A stretch of DNA of 64,000 nucleotides from an uncultured Lachnospiraceae bacterium (GTDB lineage: Bacteria > Bacillota > Clostridia > Oscillospirales > CAG-272): positions 18,357-82,356 of the forward strand of contig CAZORL010000004.1 of the NCBI GenBank assembly GCA_964582375.1, given 5' to 3'. How positions within the stretch are numbered: the stretch's first letter is position 1; the number at the start of each line of letters is the position of its first letter. Below the pieces are notes generated by a model. It saw only the letters and a program-made list of their open reading frames with translations. It was not told the DNA's origin and searched no databases. Positions 27,248 through 35,136 of the stretch are shown piece after piece. The position numbers and the translations under genes were made by a program.

Positions 27248-29755
27248 TTACGCCTTGTTGCTTTTCTTTGCGGGACGGAATGTCAGATATACCATTGACG
27301 CCAAAAGGACGATCGCAATGACAAGTCCGACGATGCCGAGCGCACCCGAGAGCGATCCCGTGAAGAGATTTCCGATGTTGTAGATCATAAACGCGATGGC
27401 GTAAGCAAAGAGACACTGATATCCGACAGCGAACCATGTCCACTTTGCACTGTTCATCTCACGCTTGATAGCACCGATCGCCGCAAAGCAGGGGGCGCAG
27501 AGCAGGTTGAATACGAAGAAGCTGTAGCCGGCTGTCTGAGTGAACGCCGCCGCGATGTTCTGATAGACCGTTCCGTCGCCGCCGCCGTAGAGAATGCCGA
27601 GCGTGCCGACGATGTTCTCTTTTGCGACAAGACCTGTGACCGATGCGACAGCACCCTGCCATGTTCCCCATCCGAGGGGTCTGAATATCCATGCAAATAC
27701 CGAACCGATGGTCGCAAGGATCGAGCTGTCGATCTCCTCATCGGAGAGCATGCGGAACGTTCCGTCAACTACACCGAAGTATGTTGTGAACCAGATAACG
27801 ATGGTGGAAAGAAGAATGATCGTTCCGGCCTTCTTGATAAATGACCAACCGCGCTCCCACATGGAACGAAGCAGTGCACCGATCGTGGGAATGTGGTATG
27901 CGGGAAGCTCCATAACGAAGGGGGCCGGATCGCCCGAGAACATGCGTGTCTTCTTGAGCATAACGCCCGAGATAATGATCGCCGCCATGCCGATGAAATA
28001 TGCCGATGTTGCGACCCATGCCGAACCGCCGAAGAGTGCGCCGGCTATCATCGAAATAAAAGGAACCTTTGCTCCGCAGGGAATGAATGTTGTCGTGATG
28101 ACCGTCATGCGGCGATCACGCTCGTTTTCGATCGTGCGCGATGCCATGATTCCGGGGACGCCGCAACCCGTGCCGACGAGCATTGGGATGAACGATTTGC
28201 CCGACAGACCGAACTTTCTGAATATACGGTCAAGCACGAATGCAATTCTTGCCATGTAACCGCAGGATTCAAGGAATGCAAGGAGAAGGAAGAGCACGAG
28301 CATCTGCGGAACAAATCCGAGGACCGCACCCACACCTGCTACTATGCCGTCGAGAATAAGTCCCGAAAGCCACTCGGGACAGAGCGGCTCCTCTTCGTCA
28401 ACCCTCAGCGCATTGCCGATGAGTACGGGAATGCCGTTTACCCATGCACCGTATTCGTCGGGCGAGGGCTCGGCAAACTCGGTGTTTTCTTTTTCAAAGT
28501 ATTCGACCGCCTCAAGATAGGTCATGCCGATGCATTCGTCCTCGTTTGCATCCGAGGGAATTTCGGAGTAGTAGACCTTCATTTCGCTCTCGGCAAGCGT
28601 TTCTTCGTCCTCGACAGTGATACTGCCGACCGCATTGTCGCTCTCGGGCTTGTAGTTTTTCAGTGCCTCAAATGCTGCCGCAGGATCGAAATCGTCGGCA
28701 TCTGTGTCGATCTCGACAAACGCACCGATCGCGTTAAGTGCATCCGCATAAGCGTCGGACGCATCTGCGTATTCGGATGAGCCTATGCCAAACATGTGCC
28801 ATCCGTCGCCGAACAGACCATCATTCGTCCAGTCGGTCGCCATAGCTCCGACCGTGACCATCGAAATGTAGTATACAAGGAACATGATAGCCGCAAATAT
28901 CGGAAGTCCGAGCCATCTGCTTGTGACGACCTTGTCGATCTTGTCGGACGCTGTCAGTGCACCGACCTTCTTTTTCTTGTAACAGCCGTCGATTATCGAT
29001 CCTATGTAGCTGTATCTCTCACCCGTGATGATCGACTCGGCATCGTCGTCAAGCTCACTCTCTGCCGCTTTGATGTCAGCCTCGATGTGCTCAAGCGTTG
29101 TCTTGGCTATGTTAAGCTCGCTGATTACCCTCTCGTCACGCTCGAAGATCTTGATGGCGTACCATCTCTGTTTGTCCTCGGGCATGTCGTGAAGGACAGC
29201 CTCCTCAATGTGCGCAAGCGCGTGCTCGACAACACCCGAGAATGAGTGCTGAGGCTTTGTTGACTTGCCGCCTGCTGCCGAGATCGCCGCCTCGGCAGCC
29301 TCGGTAACGCCTGCTCCCTTGAGGGCGGATATCTCGACTACCTTGCATCCGAGCTTTTTCGAAAGGGCGGATGTGTCGATCTTGTCACCGCGCTTTTTAA
29401 CGACGTCCATCATGTTGATGGCAACAACGACCGGGATGCCAAGCTCGACAAGCTGTGTCGTAAGATAAAGGTTTCTTTCAAGGTTCGTGCCGTCAACGAT
29501 GTTGAGTATCGCATCCGGACGTTCGCCTGTCAGATACTTTCTCGCAACTACCTCCTCGGGAGTGTAAGGCGACAGTGAATAAATGCCGGGAAGGTCGGTG
29601 ATCGTTACATCACCATGCCCTCTAAGCTTGCCTTCCTTCTTTTCGACGGTTACGCCCGGCCAGTTGCCGACAAATTGGTTTGATCCCGTCAGAGCGTTGA
29701 ACAGTGTTGTCTTACCGCTGTTGGGGTTGCCCGCAAGTGCAATTTTCAGTTTCAT
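27248..29755 (-). CDS. feoB: Ferrous iron transporter FeoB
   Basis: G-domain motifs GNPNSGKTTLFNALTG and DLPG, plus a polytopic C-terminus with LESCGYMARIAF. An expanded acidic loop spans about aa 307-461. Confidence 0.95.
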   Translation of the reverse strand: MKLKIALAGNPNSGKTTLFNALTGSNQFVGNWPGVTVEKKEGKLRGHGDVTITDLPGIYSLSPYTPEEVVARKYLTGERPDAILNIVDGTNLERNLYLTTQLVELGIPVVVAINMMDVVKKRGDKIDTSALSKKLGCKVVEISALKGAGVTEAAEAAISAAGGKSTKPQHSFSGVVEHALAHIEEAVLHDMPEDKQRWYAIKIFERDERVISELNIAKTTLEHIEADIKAAESELDDDAESIITGERYSYIGSIIDGCYKKKKVGALTASDKIDKVVTSRWLGLPIFAAIMFLVYYISMVTVGAMATDWTNDGLFGDGWHMFGIGSSEYADASDAYADALNAIGAFVEIDTDADDFDPAAAFEALKNYKPESDNAVGSITVEDEETLAESEMKVYYSEIPSDANEDECIGMTYLEAVEYFEKENTEFAEPSPDEYGAWVNGIPVLIGNALRVDEEEPLCPEWLSGLILDGIVAGVGAVLGFVPQMLVLFLLLAFLESCGYMARIAFVLDRIFRKFGLSGKSFIPMLVGTGCGVPGIMASRTIENERDRRMTVITTTFIPCGAKVPFISMIAGALFGGSAWVATSAYFIGMAAIIISGVMLKKTRMFSGDPAPFVMELPAYHIPTIGALLRSMWERGWSFIKKAGTIILLSTIVIWFTTYFGVVDGTFRMLSDEEIDSSILATIGSVFAWIFRPLGWGTWQGAVASVTGLVAKENIVGTLGILYGGGDGTVYQNIAAAFTQTAGYSFFVFNLLCAPCFAAIGAIKREMNSAKWTWFAVGYQCLFAYAIAFMIYNIGNLFTGSLSGALGIVGLVIAIVLLASMVYLTFRPAKKSNKA

Positions 29756-29778
29756 ACGATGTTTCCTCTCCTCTCGGT

Positions 29779-30000
29779 TTATTCGACTTCGATCATCGCC
29801 GCGTCGGCTTTTCTGATCGAAAGCTCGTATCCGCGCACGGTGATCTCAATCGGATCGCCGAGCGGTGCGATTTTGCGAACCGATACCTCGGTTCCCTTGG
29901 TAAGCCCCATGTCCATAATGCGACGCTTCGTCGCACCAATACCGGTGAGCTTTACTATCTTTACAAGCTCGCCGATGTTTGCATCTTTAAGTGTTTTCAC
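29779..30000 (-). CDS. feoA: FeoA family protein
   Basis: 73-aa SH3-like FeoA (MDMGLTKGTEVSVRKIAPLGDPIEI), upstream of feoB. Confidence 0.88.
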   Translation of the reverse strand: MKTLKDANIGELVKIVKLTGIGATKRRIMDMGLTKGTEVSVRKIAPLGDPIEITVRGYELSIRKADAAMIEVE

Positions 30001-30031
30001 CTTTCTGCCTCCTGTTGTATATAAATATTAT

Positions 30032-30244
30032 TTATACCATGATCTTTTGCGCCATTTCGCGACTTATGGCAACTCGACCCTCTTTGATCTTTACGATCAC
30101 GTTGCCTCCGAGCGATGTGACGATCTGCGTGCTCTCTCCCGGCACAAATCCGAGGTCCGCAAGATGTTGTCTCGTTTCGGTCGAACCGCCGACCTTTTTG
30201 ATTATCATTTCACAGCCGTTGTCGGCAAGCGTAAGCGGAATCAT
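30032..30244 (-). CDS. feoA: FeoA family protein (second copy)
   Basis: 70 aa (LADLGFVPGESTQIVTSLGGNVIVKIKEGRVAISREMA). GGGAG RBS. Confidence 0.88.
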   Translation of the reverse strand: MIPLTLADNGCEMIIKKVGGSTETRQHLADLGFVPGESTQIVTSLGGNVIVKIKEGRVAISREMAQKIMV

Positions 30245-30261
30245 TTTATCACTCCCATGAC

Positions 30262-30349
30262 GGTTAGCTAAAACTAACCTTAGATTGTAAATAAACGGAT
30301 TAGCCTCGCCTAACCCAAAACCTTTATAAATGGTTAGCCTTAACTAACC
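30262..30349 (-). promoter_or_regulatory. Three 18-bp palindromes GGTTAG-N6-CTAACC in the feo 5' leader (candidate operator array or RNA hairpins)
   Basis: The sites are 30332-30349 (GGTTAGCCTTAACTAACC), 30298-30315 (GATTAGCCTCGCCTAACC) and 30262-30279 (GGTTAGCTAAAACTAACC). All lie between the -10 and the RBS. Confidence 0.6.
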
Positions 30350-30356
30350 ATCCGAT

Positions 30357-30385
30357 ATAATACAACATTTTTTTAATTTTGTCAA
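30357..30385 (-). promoter_or_regulatory. feo operon promoter (copy B of the duplicated promoter cassette)
   Basis: On the minus strand: TTGACA (30385-30380), 17 nt, TATTAT (30362-30357), preceded by the same UP-like tract as at tRNA-Lys. Confidence 0.65.
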
Positions 30386-30586
30386 GGGGTTTTTGAAAAA
30401 AAGTTTATTTTTTTGAGAATTTTTCAGAAGAGCACAAAAAATCGATCGGTCACCCGAACAAAGGACACCCCGGTTTTTTTCATCATCATTTCCCGATGCC
30501 CAAGGCGGATGAGGCGTCAATCAAAAAAGCCGTCCGAAACGCCGAAAAAGCATTCAAGACAGCTTTACCGAATCCTTGCCAAAGGA

Positions 30587-31156
30587 TCAAAGGGTTATGT
30601 TCTTCTTTTCTTTGAGATATTTTTCAAGCATGCCGCAGAGAAGTGCTCCGAGGAAGCCGACAACTATGCCGACAACTATGCCGCCAAGGACATCGGTCGG
30701 GAAGTGAATGTAGAGATAGAGTCGCGAGAAAGCGATAAGGATGGCGATTATCGTTGCAGGGATGCCGAACTTAAAATTCTTCTTAAAGAGCAGTGCACAG
30801 CAGGATGCAAAGGATGCCGCAGTGTGTCCGGACGGGAAAGAGTAGTCGGACGGCGGATCTGCGTGGATCAGTGCTTTGATCTTGTCAAGCATGTCGGGGT
30901 TCAGCGTATAAGGTCTGATCCTGTGCACGATCGGCTTAAGTATCAGGTTACAGCAAAGCAGATCGAGGATAAGTGCGATGCCCATTGCAACGCCGAGCGG
31001 TCTTGTTTTTTTTATGATGATGAAAACAAGTGCAAGTGCGATCCAAAAGATACCTGCATCTCCGAGATGGGTAATGATCGGCAAAACGACGTCAAATAGG
31101 GCATTGTGCAGATTTTTCCAAATGAAATCCAAAATACCGAGTTCAAATTGATTCAT
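30587..31156 (-). CDS. PAP2 family lipid phosphatase (undecaprenyl-diphosphate / phosphatidic acid phosphatase type)
   Basis: KxxxxxxRP-like region, SFPSGHTAASFA and SRLYLYIHFPTDVLGG. The ATG at 31156 follows GAAAGGAAAA. Confidence 0.85.
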   Translation of the reverse strand: MNQFELGILDFIWKNLHNALFDVVLPIITHLGDAGIFWIALALVFIIIKKTRPLGVAMGIALILDLLCCNLILKPIVHRIRPYTLNPDMLDKIKALIHADPPSDYSFPSGHTAASFASCCALLFKKNFKFGIPATIIAILIAFSRLYLYIHFPTDVLGGIVVGIVVGFLGALLCGMLEKYLKEKKNITL

Positions 31157-31265
31157 GATCTTTGTTTTCCTTTCTTTAGCGATCATTCGATTTTCTTCAT
31201 TATATCACATTGCTTTGAAAAAATCAATAGCAGAGGCGATAATTTTATTAAGATGCCGACGCATT

Positions 31266-31298
31266 TTGACAAATAAGTCGGAATTGTCGGTGTAAGAT
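31266..31298 (+). promoter_or_regulatory. Candidate Spo0A-dependent spoIIE promoter with an over-long spacer
   Basis: TTGACA (31266-31271), 21 nt, TAAGAT (31293-31298). The spacer contains two tandem 0A-box-like heptamers, AGTCGGA and TGTCGGT (consensus TGTCGAA). Confidence 0.35.
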
Positions 31299-31342
31299 AT
31301 GCATATAGATACAAATTACACCCAAAAGGAGCTGATCCCATC

Positions 31343-33730
31343 ATGACGGAGACAATAGCTCGTATAAAGAAAAGGATAGAAAAAGCCCTCGGAAAAATCT
31401 CGGACAAATTCGCGGCACTCGTTTCGGCACTCGGGGGCAAGATCGATCGACTCTCGCCGCTCCCTCCCGAGCAGACCGCACTGCTTCGCCGACGCGCCGC
31501 ATACGCAACAGCGTTTATGATCCTTTCATTTTTAATGGGATGCGCACCGTCCTTGTTTGACAGCCGTCCTTATGCGATAGCTCTCCTTTTCTCTGCCGGG
31601 CATCCGAATACCGTGTTTGTTTGGCTTGGTGGCTCGGCAGGTGCGATCGTCGGCGGACAGTCGCCGATATTATACCTCATCCTACTCGGCGTGTCGGTGA
31701 TCGTGAGGCTCGCACTCACTTCCGATCGCTTCGGCTCGATGGGATATCCGACATTCGGTGAGCCTTTTCGGATGCGAATACTTATGTCCTCGACCGCCTC
31801 ACTCGTCTTGGAGCTTGCAAGAATGCTGTCCGACGGCTTTTCGCCCTATCTTCTGCTTCGGGTGCTGTCGGGTGCGCTGATAGCTCCGCTCATGACCGCG
31901 GCGTTCATCTTTGCCTTTGACCGATCGGTCCACAGTGCACTTCGCGAGGGGTCGATCTATCTGGTGATCTATGTTACCGTATCCGCGCTTGCCGGCAAAA
32001 CGCTCTCGTCATTCTCGTTTGCGCTCATCGTGTCCTTTTTGCTCATCCTGCACGTCGCAAATTCGTCCGGGCTTATGCGTGCCTGCCTTGTCGGGCTGGT
32101 CTGCGGAATGGGATGCGGCGGGCTCGGGGTCAATCTTGCGGTCGCGGGTATCACGGCGGGTGCATTTGTGCCATTCGGAATAGGCACGTCTACCTTCCTT
32201 ACCGCCGCGCTGGCTCTCGGTATAGCTTTCTATTTCGGCGGCATTCCTTCGCTTGTCGCTTTCACCGGGGATATCATTTTCGCGAGCCTTCTCTATATTC
32301 CGCTCGCAAAATCGGGCGCGCTTGAAAAGGTGAACATTTTTCGCAAAAATGCGCATGATGATGCCCTGCTCGGCGATCCCGCGACCGAAAAGAGGGCGGC
32401 GGAGCTACGTCGCGATAAAATGGACAAGCTGTCAAGGGCGTTTGGCGAAATATCCGAGATATTCATGCGTCTCGGCACGAGACTTCGTTCCCCCGATGCC
32501 GCCGATCTGCGAGGAATATGCGAGGGAGCTATTGACAAGGTCTGCGCACACTGCCCGATATCCTCGAGTTGTTGGAAGGAAGATTTTATATCGGGCAACG
32601 ATCGTGCAAGAATGCTCGCCGATCAACTCTCAAAAACGGGTGCACTGTCTTGGTCGGAACTGCCCGAGAGTTTCAGACGAAGTTGTCGGCGTTCCGATAA
32701 GCTCGTCCGCGAGATAAACGACGGTTATGCGGCGTTTTTGGAGGGAGTGCTCACCAAAGACAAATCGGAACTGTTTGCACTCGATTACGCCGCACTTGCC
32801 GAGATGCTCAGATCGGAGCAAAACGAGTCGGCAAACGATGCTTGTCTCCCCGATCAGGAGCTTGCCAAAGAGGCGTCTGAGCTTTTTCGCTCGCTCGGAA
32901 TATCATTTTCGAGTGTTGGTGCATGGGGAAAAAGAAAAAAGACCGTTATCGTATCGGGGGTCGATGTCAGTTCGTTGACAGTCAGCGCAAGGCTCATATC
33001 CGAAGAGCTGTCAAAAAGGGGCAGGTGCAAATTCGGAGAGCCGGAGTTCAAATTTGAGGGAGATTTCGTCTCAATGACACTCTCCTCTCTGCCATCCTTC
33101 AGAGTCGGGGCTGCCGTTTCGTTTCAGCCGCGATCGGGCGAGGAATCAAGCGGCGATTCGGTTTCTGCATTTTACACCGATGACGGCAGAGCTTTCGCAC
33201 TGATATGCGATGGTATGGGCAGCGGTGCCGAGGCGGCGGCAACGGCAGAGGTGTCCGCGATATTTCTTAAAAAGATGCTTTCTGCCGGCAACGGCAGGGG
33301 GATAACGCTCAGACTGCTCTCGAATTTCCTCTGCTCACGTGCTGCCGAGTGCCATACGACCGTTGATATTGTCGAGATCGATCTCTATACCGGCAGGGCG
33401 ATATTCTTAAAATGCGGAGCGGCACCGTCGTATGTTTTCAGATCCGAAAAAATATTCAAGGTTGACAGCAAAAGTCTGCCTATCGGTATCATGAAGGATG
33501 TTCATTCCGAAGAAACACCGCTTGATACCGAGTTCGGCGATCTCTGTGTGCTCGTCAGCGATGGCGTTGGCTCAACCTTCGAAAGCTCGCTCTGGCTCTG
33601 CGACCTCGTGAAGAGCGGCAAAGATCGCACTCCTGCCGAGATCGCCGATGCCGTTCGTGCGCGTGCCGTTGTCGAAAATCGCGGCGCGGATGATGTGTCG
33701 GTTGCGGTCATCAAGATAGAGCGAGCATAG
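31343..33730 (+). CDS. spoIIE: Stage II sporulation protein E (membrane PP2C phosphatase)
   Basis: An N-terminal block of about 10 TM helices, a central region, and a C-terminal PP2C domain (SGDSVSAFYTDDGRAFALICDGMGSGAEAA...VSDGV...DDVSVAVIK). Confidence 0.9.
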   Translation: MTETIARIKKRIEKALGKISDKFAALVSALGGKIDRLSPLPPEQTALLRRRAAYATAFMILSFLMGCAPSLFDSRPYAIALLFSAGHPNTVFVWLGGSAGAIVGGQSPILYLILLGVSVIVRLALTSDRFGSMGYPTFGEPFRMRILMSSTASLVLELARMLSDGFSPYLLLRVLSGALIAPLMTAAFIFAFDRSVHSALREGSIYLVIYVTVSALAGKTLSSFSFALIVSFLLILHVANSSGLMRACLVGLVCGMGCGGLGVNLAVAGITAGAFVPFGIGTSTFLTAALALGIAFYFGGIPSLVAFTGDIIFASLLYIPLAKSGALEKVNIFRKNAHDDALLGDPATEKRAAELRRDKMDKLSRAFGEISEIFMRLGTRLRSPDAADLRGICEGAIDKVCAHCPISSSCWKEDFISGNDRARMLADQLSKTGALSWSELPESFRRSCRRSDKLVREINDGYAAFLEGVLTKDKSELFALDYAALAEMLRSEQNESANDACLPDQELAKEASELFRSLGISFSSVGAWGKRKKTVIVSGVDVSSLTVSARLISEELSKRGRCKFGEPEFKFEGDFVSMTLSSLPSFRVGAAVSFQPRSGEESSGDSVSAFYTDDGRAFALICDGMGSGAEAAATAEVSAIFLKKMLSAGNGRGITLRLLSNFLCSRAAECHTTVDIVEIDLYTGRAIFLKCGAAPSYVFRSEKIFKVDSKSLPIGIMKDVHSEETPLDTEFGDLCVLVSDGVGSTFESSLWLCDLVKSGKDRTPAEIADAVRARAVVENRGADDVSVAVIKIERA

Positions 33731-33740
33731 CAGTACACAC

Positions 33741-33776
33741 AAAAACAGCTGTCCCCAAAAAAGGACAGCTGTTTTT
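33741..33776. terminator. Bidirectional terminator between spoIIE (+) and acpP (-)
   Basis: Stem ACAGCTGTCC/GGACAGCTGT is flanked by AAAAA and TTTTT. Confidence 0.8.
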
Positions 33777-33834
33777 GTGATCGTTATCCTCGCTGAAATG
33801 CGAGAAACCTGCTCCCCTGAAAGGCGAGACTTCC

Positions 33835-34056
33835 TCAGAGACTTTCAAGATAATCGACGATGTCGCCGACGCTCGAAAATCCTGCCAGCTTTTCGTCGGG
33901 GATGACTATACCGCTTTCTTCCTCGATAGTCATAAGAAGCTGGAGAATGTCAACCGAGTCCGCACCGAGATCGCCTTTGATCGTTGACTCGCGTGTGATC
34001 GTATTGGCATCAACGCCGAGCTGATCGGATAAGAGTTTTTTTACCTGTTCAAGCAT
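33835..34056 (-). CDS. acpP: Acyl carrier protein
   Basis: 73 aa with the phosphopantetheine site GADSVDILQL. The start is taken at the ATG at 34056. Confidence 0.92.
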   Translation of the reverse strand: MLEQVKKLLSDQLGVDANTITRESTIKGDLGADSVDILQLLMTIEEESGIVIPDEKLAGFSSVGDIVDYLESL

Positions 34057-34079
34057 TTGTTTTCTACCTTTCAATATTA

Positions 34080-35135
34080 TTATTCTGCTTTGATCTGTTC
34101 GTCGCCGATCGATATGTCGTCGGCGATCTTTTTGCAAAGATCCGCTTTGCTCATTTTGTATGCCTGCTCCATGCAGATCTCGAACGCATGCGCACCACTG
34201 CTTCCGTGTCCCTTCACGATGATCTTGTCAAGTCCGAGAAGGACAGAACCGCCGTAATTTTGGTAGTTCATAAATTCCTTTTCGTCATCGAACATCTTTT
34301 TCATGAAAAGTGCACCGATCTTGTATTTTGTGCGCGACATTATGTCCTTTTTCAGACGCTTGAGAATTTCGAGTGCCGTGCCCTCGGTTGCTTTTATAAG
34401 TACATTGCCCGAAAAACCGTCGCAGACAACAAGATCATACTTGCCCGAGAGCAGATCGCGGCTTTCCATGTTGCCGACGAAATTGATCTTCTTGTCGTTT
34501 TTTAGAAGTCGATGCGCCTCGCGGTGCAGATCGTCGCCTTTTTCTTCCTCGACACCGACGTTTAAGAGCGCGACACGCGGAGAGTCTATCTTGTGTACCG
34601 TTCGCAGATAAGCGGATGCCATCAGTGCATTTTGATGAAGTCCCTCGGGGGTATATTCGACCGACGCGCCACTGTCGCAGATGCCGACAATGCCGCCCGA
34701 CATGGTGGGCAGGATGGGGCAGAATGCCGGGCGTCGTATACCGCGTATTCTGCCGATACGCAAAATGCAGCCGCCGACAAGCACTCCGGTAGCTCCGGTC
34801 GATACGAGCGCATCGACACTGTCATCCTCGCGCAGGCGTTTGATCGCACTTACCATGGATGAATCCTTTTTCAGTCTCAGCGCATCGATCGGTCGGTCAT
34901 TGCCGTCCACCGCATCGGGCTTGTGTACGATCTCGATCCTGTTATCGAGCAGATCGGCGGCGGATATCTCGGCAAGCTTGGCTTTTATGACCTCGCTGTC
35001 ACCAAAAAAGATGACCGACAGATCATCGTGTGCACGCATGGCACCAACGGCGCCCTCAATATTTGCACTCGGGCTTTTGTCGCCGCCGAGTGTATCAACG
35101 GCGATCTTGATCGTTTTCTTTGTTATTTCGCTCAT
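34080..35135 (-). CDS. plsX: Phosphate acyltransferase PlsX
   Basis: KIAVDTLGGD, GATGVLV, GHGSSGAHAF. The start codon lies 1 nt after the stop of the upstream gene. Confidence 0.93.
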   Translation of the reverse strand: MSEITKKTIKIAVDTLGGDKSPSANIEGAVGAMRAHDDLSVIFFGDSEVIKAKLAEISAADLLDNRIEIVHKPDAVDGNDRPIDALRLKKDSSMVSAIKRLREDDSVDALVSTGATGVLVGGCILRIGRIRGIRRPAFCPILPTMSGGIVGICDSGASVEYTPEGLHQNALMASAYLRTVHKIDSPRVALLNVGVEEEKGDDLHREAHRLLKNDKKINFVGNMESRDLLSGKYDLVVCDGFSGNVLIKATEGTALEILKRLKKDIMSRTKYKIGALFMKKMFDDEKEFMNYQNYGGSVLLGLDKIIVKGHGSSGAHAFEICMEQAYKMSKADLCKKIADDISIGDEQIKAE

Positions 35136-35136
35136 C

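Noticed and set aside
30245-30356. A search for a Fur box (GATAATGATAATCATTATC-like) in the feo leader.
   Set aside because: I found no 19-bp Fur-type A/T palindrome by eye. The only repeated elements are the GGTTAG-N6-CTAACC palindromes, which are reported separately.
30413-31099. A 228-aa plus-strand ORF overlapping the PAP2 gene.
   Set aside because: It is antisense to a gene with clear PAP2 motifs. It has no RBS and its composition is Arg/Lys/Cys-rich.
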